In this document: piece by piece, positions 30,362 through 39,506 of the stretch
How positions within the stretch are numbered: position 1 is the first letter of the stretch
How the letters are laid out: each line of letters starts with the position of its first letter
Assembly: GCA_938048755.1 (NCBI GenBank)
Contig: CALIUG010000081.1
Location: 271 to 64,270 of the forward strand
Origin: an uncultured Alphaproteobacteria bacterium
Lineage (GTDB): Bacteria > Pseudomonadota > Alphaproteobacteria > SP197
Direction: 5' to 3'
DNA: 64,000 bases
Program-made: the position numbers and the translations under genes
Notes under the pieces: model-generated
The model's database searches: none
Told to the model about the DNA's origin: nothing
The model's input: the letters and a program-made list of their open reading frames with translations, nothing else

Positions 30362-31219
30362 ATGGTGTCGATGGGCAATCTTATCTGGCTCGCCTCCTAC
30401 CCGAAATCGGGCAACACCTGGATGCGCGCCTTTCTGACCAACCTGATGACGAATGCGGAACGGCCGGCCGGGATCAACGAACTGGGTGCGGTTGCCATAG
30501 GCGATTCCGAGCCTGGGCGCTACGAACGTCTCTCGGGCAAGGTGGCTTCAGAGCTTGATGCTGCCGCCGTTGCGGCGCTGCGCCCGAAGGTGCAGGCCCA
30601 GATTGCCGCCGAGTTGCCCTCTACCCGGTTCGTGAAGATCCACAGTGCCATGATGCAGACGGCCGGGCATCCCAGTGTCAACATGCAGGTCACCGCAGGT
30701 GCTATCTACATCGTGCGCAATCCGTTGGATGTCGCGCTCTCCTTTGCGCACCATCTGGGATCAACCGTCGATGACGTGATCGACCTGATGGCGCGCGACA
30801 ACACGGTCACCGACAGTACGCCGGTGGCCGTCTCGGAACTGATCGGAAGCTGGAGCCAGCATGTTGCAAGCTGGACTGCCAGGCCCAATCCCGGCCTTCA
30901 TGTCGTGCGTTACGAGGACATGCTGAGCGGACCGCAATCTGCCTTTGGCAAGGTCGTCAAGTTCCTGCAGCTCCAGGCCCCACGCCCGCGCATCGACAAG
31001 GCGATCCGCCATGCCTCGTTCAAGGTCCTGCGCAACCAGGAAGAACGCGATGGTTTCCGGGAACGCAGTGAACATGCTGACCACTTTTTCCGATCCGGCA
31101 AGGCCGGCGGCTGGCGTGACACTCTTTCGCCAAAGCAGGTTTCCGCCATTGTTGACCGTCACGGCGAACAAATGGCGCGGTTCGGATATCTCCCCGAGTC
31201 CCGTCAGGGAGATACCTGA
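30362..31219 (+). CDS. SULT-like PAPS-dependent sulfotransferase, array member 1 of 9
   Basis: IWLASYPKSGNTW (5'-PSB loop), FVKIHSA (catalytic His region), IYIVRNPLDVALSF (3'-PB region) and FFRSGKAGGWR. Start codon uncertain (ATG at 30362 or 30371). Confidence 0.8.
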   Translation: MVSMGNLIWLASYPKSGNTWMRAFLTNLMTNAERPAGINELGAVAIGDSEPGRYERLSGKVASELDAAAVAALRPKVQAQIAAELPSTRFVKIHSAMMQTAGHPSVNMQVTAGAIYIVRNPLDVALSFAHHLGSTVDDVIDLMARDNTVTDSTPVAVSELIGSWSQHVASWTARPNPGLHVVRYEDMLSGPQSAFGKVVKFLQLQAPRPRIDKAIRHASFKVLRNQEERDGFRERSEHADHFFRSGKAGGWRDTLSPKQVSAIVDRHGEQMARFGYLPESRQGDT

Positions 31220-31221
31220 CC

Positions 31222-32058
31222 ATGAGTCGCATCATCTGGCTGGCAAGCTTCCCCAAGTCGGGCAACACCTGGACGCGAATCTTCCTGCTCAACCTGTTCA
31301 TGAATCCGTCCAGGCCGCTATCGATCAACGAAGTCCCGGAAATGTCGCCTTCCGACGTCGCGTCGGCCTGGTACGAGATGTTCGACAAGCGGCCCCGAAG
31401 CCAATGGAGCTTGGGGGATGTGGCAAAGCTGCGCCACCAGGTGCAGGAAGAGATCGCCAGCAAGACGCCCGATTCCATCTTTGTGAAAACCCACAGTCCG
31501 CTCCTGCCCTGGCAGGGTGTGCCGGCCTTCAACATGAAGGTGACTGCCGGGGCGGTCTGCATCGTGCGCAACCCGCTTGATGTTGTCGCCTCTTATGCCA
31601 GCCACTCGGGCCTCGATTATGACGGCATCATCAAGGTGATGGCGCGCGAGGATTACACGGCTCCGGGTGGTGATGATCGCGTTCCCCACCCGATCGGAAG
31701 CTGGTCGCAGAACGTTGCAAGCTGGACCGCCCGGCCTCATCCGGCCATGCATGTCATGCGCTACGAGGACATGGTCGAGAATCCGGAGGAAACCTTTGGA
31801 AAGCTTGTTGCCTTCCTGCGGCTTCCTCCCGACCCCGACCGCCTGAAGAAGGCCATTGCATTCTCGTCCTTTGACGAGGTGCAGAAGCAGGAATCCGCCG
31901 GGGGCTTCGAGGAGGCGAGCAAGAAGGCGGATCGCTTCTTCCGTGGCGGCAAGACTGGCGGATGGCGCAAGGAACTCACGCCTGAACAGGTCCGCGCCGT
32001 CGTGTCAGTCCACCGTGAGCAGATGGCACGCTTTGGTTATGTTCCGGAAGGTTACTGA
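31222..32058 (+). CDS. SULT-like sulfotransferase, array member 2
   Basis: MSRIIWLASFPKSGNTW, VKTHSP, CIVRNPLDVVASY, FFRGGKTGGWR. Confidence 0.8.
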   Translation: MSRIIWLASFPKSGNTWTRIFLLNLFMNPSRPLSINEVPEMSPSDVASAWYEMFDKRPRSQWSLGDVAKLRHQVQEEIASKTPDSIFVKTHSPLLPWQGVPAFNMKVTAGAVCIVRNPLDVVASYASHSGLDYDGIIKVMAREDYTAPGGDDRVPHPIGSWSQNVASWTARPHPAMHVMRYEDMVENPEETFGKLVAFLRLPPDPDRLKKAIAFSSFDEVQKQESAGGFEEASKKADRFFRGGKTGGWRKELTPEQVRAVVSVHREQMARFGYVPEGY

Positions 32059-32900
32059 TGGGCAAGATCGTCTGGCTGGCCAGCTATCCCAAATCCGGCA
32101 ACACGTGGATGCGCGCGTTTCTGCACAACCTGTTCCGGAACCCGGATCGTCCGTTGCCGCTGGAACAGTTGGGCGGCGGCAATCTGACGACTGCCGAAAC
32201 GGCCATGAACTGGTACCAGGCGCTGGATCCGCGTCCTCCCGCGGAATGGTCGCAGGAAGAAATCGATGCCATGCGCCTGGAGGTCCATGAAGCCATCGCA
32301 GCGTCCGTACCCGGCAACATCTTCTGCAAGATTCATGGCGCGATCTTCGAGCTGCGTGGCCGCATGACCGTCAACCTGGCGGTCAGTGCGGGCGCCATCT
32401 ACATCGTGCGCAATCCGCTCGACGTCGTGCTGTCCTATGCCGACTTTCAGGGCATCAGTGTCGATGTCGCCATCACGGCGCTGGGTGCGCGAAACTTCGA
32501 ACTTCCCCGCGACGCCGGCAATGTGTCCGAGCCCCTGGGTAGCTGGTCCCAGAATGTCGAGAGCTGGACCGGTAAACCCAATCCTGCCCTGCATGTCGTG
32601 CGCTATGAGGACCTCATCGCCAAACCGGTGGCGACCTTTAGCGGCGTTGCCAAATTCCTGGGCATCGACGCCCCGCGTCCACGCCTGGAAAAGGCCGTGC
32701 GCCATTCCTCCTTCAAGGTCCTGCGCAACCAGGAGGACAAGACGGGCTTTTCCGAGCGGTCTCCGGCACAGGAGCGGTTCTTCCGGAGCGGCAAGTCCGG
32801 TGGCTGGCGCAAGGGTCTCACCGACGAACAGGTCGCGCGCATCGTGGAGGACCATCGTGAGCAGATGGATCGTTTCGGCTACATTCCGGAAGGCTGCTGA
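32058..32900 (+). CDS. SULT-like sulfotransferase, array member 3
   Basis: MGKIVWLASYPKSGNTW, CKIHGA, IYIVRNPLDVVLSY, FFRSGKSGGWR. Start overlaps the previous stop. Confidence 0.8.
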   Translation: MGKIVWLASYPKSGNTWMRAFLHNLFRNPDRPLPLEQLGGGNLTTAETAMNWYQALDPRPPAEWSQEEIDAMRLEVHEAIAASVPGNIFCKIHGAIFELRGRMTVNLAVSAGAIYIVRNPLDVVLSYADFQGISVDVAITALGARNFELPRDAGNVSEPLGSWSQNVESWTGKPNPALHVVRYEDLIAKPVATFSGVAKFLGIDAPRPRLEKAVRHSSFKVLRNQEDKTGFSERSPAQERFFRSGKSGGWRKGLTDEQVARIVEDHREQMDRFGYIPEGC

Positions 32901-33742
32901 TGGGCAAGATCGTGTGGCTGGCCAGTTACCCCAAATCCGGAAACACCTGGATGCGCGCCTTTCTGCATCACTTCTTCCGCAATCCTGACGCGCCGATTCC
33001 GCTCAACCAGTTGGGCGGCGGCAACCTCACGACGTCGGAGACCGGCCTGCACTGGTATCAAGCGCTTGATCCGCGACCGCTGGCAGAATGGAGCGCAGAA
33101 GAGATCGCGGCCATGCGTCCGAAGGTTCAGCAGGCCATCGCAGCTTCGGTATCGGGCAACATCTTCTGCAAGATTCATAGCGCCTTGTTCGAACTGCGTG
33201 GCAGCATGACCGTTGATCTGGCCGTCAGCGCGGGCGCCATCTACATCGTGCGCAATCCGCTCGACGTGGTGGTATCCTTTGCCGACTATCAGGGGGTCAC
33301 GATCGACATCGCGATCAAGGCCATGGGCATGGCGAACTTCGAACTGCCGCGCGACGGCGACGCCATCACGTCGCCGCTTGGAAGCTGGACCCAGAATGTC
33401 CGGAGCTGGACCGCCAAACCCAGCCCGGCCCTGCATGTCGTGCGTTATGAGGACATGCTGGATGATCCCCAGGCAACCTTCGGCGGCGTGGTCCGGTTTC
33501 TGGGTGTGGACAGCCCGCCCGAGCGGATCGAGAAGGCGGTGCGCCATTCCTCGTTCAAGGAGCTGAGGGCCCAGGAAGATGCCACCGGATTTGTCGAGCG
33601 CTCACCTTCCCAGGAGCGATTCTTCCGCAGTGGAACCTCCGGCCAGTGGCGCGATGCCCTGAACGACGAGCAGATCGCGGCCATTGTCGGCGACCATCGT
33701 GAGCAGATGGCACGCTTCGACTATATCCCCGACGGATTCTGA
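32900..33742 (+). CDS. SULT-like sulfotransferase, array member 4 (about 75% identical to member 3)
   Basis: MGKIVWLASYPKSGNTW, CKIHSA, IYIVRNPLDVVVSF, FFRSGTSGQWR. Confidence 0.8.
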   Translation: MGKIVWLASYPKSGNTWMRAFLHHFFRNPDAPIPLNQLGGGNLTTSETGLHWYQALDPRPLAEWSAEEIAAMRPKVQQAIAASVSGNIFCKIHSALFELRGSMTVDLAVSAGAIYIVRNPLDVVVSFADYQGVTIDIAIKAMGMANFELPRDGDAITSPLGSWTQNVRSWTAKPSPALHVVRYEDMLDDPQATFGGVVRFLGVDSPPERIEKAVRHSSFKELRAQEDATGFVERSPSQERFFRSGTSGQWRDALNDEQIAAIVGDHREQMARFDYIPDGF

Positions 33743-33745
33743 ACG

Positions 33746-34609
33746 ATGGGCAACATCCTGTGGCTTGCGAGTTATCCGAAGTCCGGCAACACCTGGATGC
33801 GGGCGTTTCTGCACAACGTCCTGCGTGACCCCGATCAACCCGCAGACATCAACCAGATGACCGGTACGCTGACACAAGGTGAGTCCTCCATGGGCTGGTA
33901 CCGTGTCGCCAATCCGCGTCCGCCCGAACAGTGGTCACCTGCCGAAATCGCGCGCATGCGGCCCCATGTCCACGAGATGATCGCCAAGGGTCAGAAGGGC
34001 ACGGTGTTCTGCAAGACCCACAACGCGCTGATCAAGGTAGAGGGGCAACCCACGATCAACACGCGTGTCACCGCCGGTGCCATTTACATCGTGCGCAACC
34101 CGCTGGATGTCCTGCTTTCCTTTGCCGATTTTCAGGCGGTCTCGATCGATGAGGCCATCACGATCATGGCGCAACGAAATTTTGCGACACCCCTGACCGA
34201 CCGGAACGTGCCCGAAACGCTGGGGAGCTGGTCTCAGCATGTGTCGAGTTGGACGGCACAGGAAAGCAAGAGCCTGCATGTGGTGCGTTACGAGGATCTG
34301 CTCGAAGACCCGGTCAAGACCTTCGGTGACACGCTTGCCTTCATGAAACTTGATGTCTCACGCGCCCGCCTCGACAAGGCGATCCGCAATGCATCCTTCA
34401 AGGAATTGCGCAAGCAGGAAGAGCAGAAGGGTTTCAACGAGCGTCCCGATCACCAGGAACGCTTTTTCCGCAAGGGCGTCGCCGGTCAGTGGAAACAGGA
34501 GCTGAACCGAGAACAGATTGCCCGCATTTGCGAGGATCATGGTGACCAGATGGCGCGTTTCGGCTATCTCCCCGATAGCTACAAACCACAGACGAAATTG
34601 GAGGCTTGA
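33746..34609 (+). CDS. SULT-like sulfotransferase, array member 5
   Basis: MGNILWLASYPKSGNTW, CKTHNA, IYIVRNPLDVLLSF, FFRKGVAGQWK. Confidence 0.8.
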   Translation: MGNILWLASYPKSGNTWMRAFLHNVLRDPDQPADINQMTGTLTQGESSMGWYRVANPRPPEQWSPAEIARMRPHVHEMIAKGQKGTVFCKTHNALIKVEGQPTINTRVTAGAIYIVRNPLDVLLSFADFQAVSIDEAITIMAQRNFATPLTDRNVPETLGSWSQHVSSWTAQESKSLHVVRYEDLLEDPVKTFGDTLAFMKLDVSRARLDKAIRNASFKELRKQEEQKGFNERPDHQERFFRKGVAGQWKQELNREQIARICEDHGDQMARFGYLPDSYKPQTKLEA

Positions 34610-34612
34610 CCG

Positions 34613-35449
34613 TTGGGCCAGATTATCTGGATTGCGAGTTATCCCAAGTCGGGCAACACCTGGACCCGTGCGTTTCTGCACAACCTGTTCCGTGATCCCA
34701 AGACGTCGTTCAACATCAACGACATGACCCTGTTGACGGCAAACGAAGCGGCCAACGCGCACTATCGCGACCTCGACCCCCGCTCCTGGGAGGAGTGGAG
34801 CAACGAGGATGTTGCGGCCATGCGTCCGCGGGCACAGGCGATTCTGGCGGCGTCACGGCCCCATACGATTTTTGCCAAGACCCATCTGGCAGTCCTGCAC
34901 CTGCGCGGCCATCCCACGATCAACATGAACGTGACGGCTGCCGCAGTCTATCTCATCCGCAATCCGCTGGATGTGACGGTTTCCTTTGCCGATCATCAGG
35001 GGCTCACCATCGATCAGCAGATCGAAGTTCTCAACCTGAAGAACTATGAGACGCCCAACGGTCCAACGCTGGTCAACGAACCCATGGGAACCTGGTCCCA
35101 GCATGTCGAAAGCTGGACTGCCCGGCCCAATCCCGGTCTCCACGTCATGCGCTACGAGGACATGCTGGTCAATCCGGTCAAGAGTTTCGGTAGCCTGGTG
35201 AAGTTTCTCCGGCTCGATACTCCGCGTTCGCGCATCGAACGCGCAGTCAAGAATTCCTCCTTCAAGGTTCTGCGCAAGCAGGAAGAACTGCACGGCTTCA
35301 GCGAACGCACGGTTGCGCAGAAGAACTTCTTCCGTTCCGGCAAGTCCGGCCAATGGAAGGACGTGTTGACCGACGAGCAGGTCGCCAAGGTCTGCGAGGC
35401 GCACCACGATCAGATGGCCAGGTTCGGGTACCTGCCGGAAGGGTACTGA
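34613..35449 (+). CDS. SULT-like sulfotransferase, array member 6
   Basis: TTG start; GQIIWIASYPKSGNTW, AKTHLA, VYLIRNPLDVTVSF, FFRSGKSGQWK. Confidence 0.75.
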   Translation: MGQIIWIASYPKSGNTWTRAFLHNLFRDPKTSFNINDMTLLTANEAANAHYRDLDPRSWEEWSNEDVAAMRPRAQAILAASRPHTIFAKTHLAVLHLRGHPTINMNVTAAAVYLIRNPLDVTVSFADHQGLTIDQQIEVLNLKNYETPNGPTLVNEPMGTWSQHVESWTARPNPGLHVMRYEDMLVNPVKSFGSLVKFLRLDTPRSRIERAVKNSSFKVLRKQEELHGFSERTVAQKNFFRSGKSGQWKDVLTDEQVAKVCEAHHDQMARFGYLPEGY

Positions 35450-35455
35450 GGACTT

Positions 35456-36292
35456 ATGGGCAAGATCATCTGGATCGCGAGCTATCCCAAATCCGGCAAC
35501 ACCTGGATGCGCATCTTCCTGTTCAACCTGCTGGCAGATGCACCCGACCCGCTTCCTCTTTCGGAAGTCAGCCGGATGTCGACCTCCGATACCGTGCTGC
35601 GCTGGTATACCGAAGTCGACGACCGCGACCCAGCGAGCTGGACCACCGAGGAGGTCGCTGATCTGCGCCTGAAGATGCAGCAGCACATGACGACGCTGTC
35701 GCCCGAGCCGACCTTCATGAAGACCCATGCCGCCCTGGTGCCCATGGCCGGACGCCAGCCCTTTGACATGGAAGCCACCACTGGTGCGATCTATATCGTG
35801 CGCAATCCCCTGGATGTCGCAGCGTCCTATGCACGCCATGCCGGCGTGCCGGTCGATGAGATCATCAAGGTCATGAGTACGCCCAACCACATGCTGCCAC
35901 GCAACGAGTCGCTGGCCGAGTTTGTTCAGGGTGGCTGGTCGCAACATGTGATGAGCTGGACCCGCATGCCCAATCCGGCCGTCCACGTCATGCGCTATGA
36001 AGACCTTGCAGCGGATGCCTCCGAAGCGTTCGGCAAGGTGTGCAGTTTCCTGAAGCTCGACCTGGAGCCAGAGCGTGTCGCGCGCGCCGTCGATCACGCC
36101 TCGATCGCGTCCTTGCGCAAGCTGGAGGACGAACAGGGTTTCAACGAGAAGAGCGACCATCAGGACCGGTTCTTTGGTGAAGGTGGCGTCGGCGCCTGGC
36201 AGCGTGAACTCAGCGAAGACCAGGCGCGCCAGATTGTTGATCGCCATCGCGATCAGATGACACGCTTTGGGTACGTGCCCGAGGGCTGGTGA
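35456..36292 (+). CDS. SULT-like sulfotransferase, array member 7
   Basis: MGKIIWIASYPKSGNTW, MKTHAA, IYIVRNPLDVAASY, FFGEGGVGAWQ. Confidence 0.8.
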   Translation: MGKIIWIASYPKSGNTWMRIFLFNLLADAPDPLPLSEVSRMSTSDTVLRWYTEVDDRDPASWTTEEVADLRLKMQQHMTTLSPEPTFMKTHAALVPMAGRQPFDMEATTGAIYIVRNPLDVAASYARHAGVPVDEIIKVMSTPNHMLPRNESLAEFVQGGWSQHVMSWTRMPNPAVHVMRYEDLAADASEAFGKVCSFLKLDLEPERVARAVDHASIASLRKLEDEQGFNEKSDHQDRFFGEGGVGAWQRELSEDQARQIVDRHRDQMTRFGYVPEGW

Positions 36293-36296
36293 ACCC

Positions 36297-37136
36297 ATGG
36301 GCAAGATCCTGTGGCTCGCGAGTTATCCCAAGTCCGGCAATACCTGGGTGCGCCTGTTTCTTGCCAATCTGTTCAAGGGGGATGGCAGTGCTCCGGTCGC
36401 GCTGGACCGGATCGGCGAGGCGACGCTGGCGGAACCGGGAACGGCCGGTTTTGCGCTGCTCGACCAGCGTCCCTGGCAGGAATGGAGCATCGAGGACATC
36501 GCCCGCATGCGCCCGCAGGTACAAGAGCGGATCGCGGCCACCGGCGAAGGGGTTGTTCCCGTCAAGACGCACAGCGCCTTTGTCATGGTCCGCGGCACAC
36601 CGTCGATCAACATGGGCGTGACCGCTGGCGCGGTTTATGTCGTGCGCAATCCGCTTGATATCGCGGTCTCCTATGCCCACCACCAGGGTCTCACCATCGA
36701 CGAGATCATCGCGATCATGGCCAGGGACATGTTTACGACGCCGACCAATGCGACCAACGTGTATGAGGTCATGGGCTCCTGGTCGCAGCATGTTGCGAGC
36801 TGGACCGCCAGCGCCAGCCCCATGATGCATGTCATGCGTTATGAAGACATGCTTGGCGATCCCCATGCGGCCTTTGGCGATCTTGCCCGTTTCATGCGTG
36901 TTGAAGCCGATGATGCGACCGTTGCCAACGCGGTCGCGATGAGCGCGTTCGACAAGGTTGCAGACCAGGAAGCAAAGGAAGGCTTTCAAGAACGCACACC
37001 TGCGCAGGACCGCTTCTTCCGGGCAGGGAAGGCCGATCAGTGGCGCGATGTGCTGACGGACCAACAGGTCTCTGATGTCGTGGGGGCGCATCGTGAACAG
37101 ATGGCCCGGTTCGGCTACATCCCGGACGGATTTTAG
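36297..37136 (+). CDS. SULT-like sulfotransferase, array member 8
   Basis: MGKILWLASYPKSGNTW (start trimmed to Met11 of the ORF), VKTHSA, VYVVRNPLDIAVSY, FFRAGKADQWR. Confidence 0.8.
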   Translation: MGKILWLASYPKSGNTWVRLFLANLFKGDGSAPVALDRIGEATLAEPGTAGFALLDQRPWQEWSIEDIARMRPQVQERIAATGEGVVPVKTHSAFVMVRGTPSINMGVTAGAVYVVRNPLDIAVSYAHHQGLTIDEIIAIMARDMFTTPTNATNVYEVMGSWSQHVASWTASASPMMHVMRYEDMLGDPHAAFGDLARFMRVEADDATVANAVAMSAFDKVADQEAKEGFQERTPAQDRFFRAGKADQWRDVLTDQQVSDVVGAHREQMARFGYIPDGF

Positions 37137-37148
37137 GATCCGACGGAG

Positions 37149-37988
37149 ATGGGCAGGATCCTCTGGCTCGCCAGCTATCCCAAATCTGGCAACACCTGGA
37201 TGCGGGCCTTCCTGCACAACCTGATTGTCGACAAGGGTGGCCCGCTGGACCTCAACGCCATGTCGAAGGGCGCGCTGATGGACGCTGCCTATCAGCACTA
37301 TGTGCCGCTCACCGATCAGGATCCGCGCCAGTTGAGCCGGGAGGACATCGCCCGCCTGCGTCCGCGCATGCAGGCGGCGCTGGCGGCAGGCAGGCCAGGC
37401 ACGCTGTTTGTGAAGACCCATACCGCGCTTACCATGCTGGCGGGCCATCCCAGCCACGACCCCGAGCTCACCCTTGGCTCGATCTACATGGTGCGCGACC
37501 CCCGTGATGTTGCCGTCAGCTATGCCGACCATCTGGGCCTTTCCATCGACGGGGCCATCGACGCCATGGCGCGCGAGAATGCCCAGACTGACGCCAGCGA
37601 CAAGGGCGTCACCGAGTTCATCGGAAGCTGGTCCCAGAATGTGACCGGCTGGACCCGTCAGACATCCGGCACGGTTCTGGTACTGCGCTACGAAGACATG
37701 CTCGACCAGCCCGCAGAGGCTTTCGGCAGGGTCGTTGCCTTCCTGGGCCTGGAGCGCTCGCCACAGCAGGTCGAAAAGGCGATCGAGAACACCAGCTTCG
37801 AGCAGCTCGCCCGTCAGGAGGCGCAGGCGGGCTTCCAGGAGCGTTCGATCAAGCAGGAGAAGTTCTTCCGGCGTGGCCGTTCCGGGTCCTGGCGGTCTAT
37901 GCTCTCGTCCGAACAGGCCGCAAGGCTGGCCGCTGATCACGGCGAGGTAATGCGGCGCTTCGGCTATCTCGAGGATGAGGCACCATGA
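37149..37988 (+). CDS. SULT-like sulfotransferase, array member 9
   Basis: MGRILWLASYPKSGNTW, VKTHTA, IYMVRDPRDVAVSY, FFRRGRSGSWR. Confidence 0.8.
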   Translation: MGRILWLASYPKSGNTWMRAFLHNLIVDKGGPLDLNAMSKGALMDAAYQHYVPLTDQDPRQLSREDIARLRPRMQAALAAGRPGTLFVKTHTALTMLAGHPSHDPELTLGSIYMVRDPRDVAVSYADHLGLSIDGAIDAMARENAQTDASDKGVTEFIGSWSQNVTGWTRQTSGTVLVLRYEDMLDQPAEAFGRVVAFLGLERSPQQVEKAIENTSFEQLARQEAQAGFQERSIKQEKFFRRGRSGSWRSMLSSEQAARLAADHGEVMRRFGYLEDEAP

Positions 37989-38665
37989 ACGACCACAGCG
38001 ATGTCAGAGAAAACCTGGATGCGGTGAAGGCCGAGATTTCCGCTGCAGAACAGGAGGCAGGCCGCGACAAGGGCTCCGTCACGCTGGTTGCGGTCTCAAA
38101 GACCCATGACGGCGCACGCATCCGCCCGGCTCTGGAAGCGGGCCACCGTGTCTATGGTGAAAACCGCGTGCAGGAAGCCCAGGGCAAGTGGCCTGAACTG
38201 AAGGCGGTGTTCGAGGGTGTCGAGCTCCATCTGATCGGACCCCTGCAGACCAACAAGTCTGACGACGCGGTTGCCCTGTTCGATGTCATCGAAAGTGTCG
38301 ACCGGCCCAAGCTGGTCCATGCCCTGGCCCGTTCGATGGAAAAACTGGGTCGCCGACCGGCCTGTTTCATCCAGGTCAACACGGGTGAAGAGGATCAGAA
38401 GGCGGGTTGTCTGCCCGATGATACCGATGCCCTGGTGGCGCAGGCCCGTGACGCAGGGCTCGATGTGGTCGGTCTCATGTGCATTCCCCCGTTTGACGAG
38501 GAGCCTTCGCTCCACTTTGCCCTGCTGGCAGATCTCGCAAAACGTAACGGCCTCACGCAACTTTCCATGGGCATGTCGGGGGATTACGAAACGGCGGTGG
38601 CATTTGGCGCCACCCATGTGCGGGTCGGCACGGCAATCTTCGGAGCCCGGCCGAAACTGACATGA
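37985..38665 (+). CDS. yggS: PLP-homeostasis protein, YggS/PROSC family
   Basis: 226 aa with the alanine-racemase-N-like fold; VSKTHD PLP-lysine motif. Confidence 0.9.
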   Translation: MNDHSDVRENLDAVKAEISAAEQEAGRDKGSVTLVAVSKTHDGARIRPALEAGHRVYGENRVQEAQGKWPELKAVFEGVELHLIGPLQTNKSDDAVALFDVIESVDRPKLVHALARSMEKLGRRPACFIQVNTGEEDQKAGCLPDDTDALVAQARDAGLDVVGLMCIPPFDEEPSLHFALLADLAKRNGLTQLSMGMSGDYETAVAFGATHVRVGTAIFGARPKLT

Positions 38666-38668
38666 GTC

Positions 38669-39196
38669 TCATGCGGCCACGGTAAGATTGCCCAGGACGC
38701 CATCGTAGATCAGGATTTTTCCTGAAAGGAACATGCGTCCGAACAGTACCGGAAGATTGGGCGGTAACTCCGTTCCAACAAACTGTTCTATCCGCATCTC
38801 GTCGAGTTCCGGCACCCTGTAGCACAACAGATACACCGGCACCGGTTTGGCAGCGACGCCGTGTACGCTGTAGCTCTCGATGAAATCTACGGGACGGGCG
38901 CCCAGTTGATGGGCATAGGCGTTCGTTACCACGTTGAAATCCGCGCCCGTATCGATCAGAGCATGAACACGATGTGCGGGTCCGAATACGGTCTGGTCCG
39001 GCTCATGCGAGTCTGGACGGGCAAGGTCGATCGAAATCCAGGGTCCGACTTGAGCAAGGGCTTCAGCGGATGTGAAGCCAAGATCGTCAGGAAGTCTCTT
39101 CGAAAGGACCGGCACCGCAACGTCCCAACATGGCAGCAGGTGATAGACAGGCGTAGTTGCGGCCGATCTGGCGCAGGAGAAACGGTTCTTCGGCAC
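38669..39196 (-). CDS. Retropepsin-like (clan AA) aspartic protease
   Basis: ALIDTGADFNVVT matches the DTGA active-site motif of bacterial retropepsin-like proteases. The N-terminal roughly 110 nt overlap the adjacent small ORF in a different frame; the only alternative in-frame start is a GTG near 39115. Confidence 0.55.
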   Translation of the reverse strand: MPKNRFSCARSAATTPVYHLLPCWDVAVPVLSKRLPDDLGFTSAEALAQVGPWISIDLARPDSHEPDQTVFGPAHRVHALIDTGADFNVVTNAYAHQLGARPVDFIESYSVHGVAAKPVPVYLLCYRVPELDEMRIEQFVGTELPPNLPVLFGRMFLSGKILIYDGVLGNLTVAA

Positions 39197-39359
39197 TGCA
39201 TTGCTGCAGGGCGCTACGTGCCGCGCTGTCGCAATCGGGAAAAAGACCCAGGATCTCGGTCTCGCGGATCACGACATATTCACCCATATGTTCGGCTTCT
39301 AAGCGATACCGATTGGCTTCGAAGGTCGAGATCTCGGTCTTGAGGTGGTAGTTGTCCAT
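39087..39359 (-). CDS. Hypothetical small protein overlapping the start of the aspartic protease gene
   Basis: About 90 aa ORF with GGAGGG about 9 nt upstream of the MDNYHLKTEI start. No recognisable motifs. Confidence 0.3.
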   Translation of the reverse strand: MDNYHLKTEISTFEANRYRLEAEHMGEYVVIRETEILGLFPDCDSAARSALQQCSAEEPFLLRQIGRNYACLSPAAMLGRCGAGPFEETS

Positions 39360-39506
39360 CGCATCCATGCCCTCCACTGGCGCTTACCATGCCACATCAG
39401 CGAGTCCGGGTCTGACTCGTTCTCGCCATGGATGTCGCTTAGAGACTCGCCTGCTGCTTGACCGTCCCGTGTCCCCGCGCGATAACGCGGCCAATCTGAC
39501 AATGGA

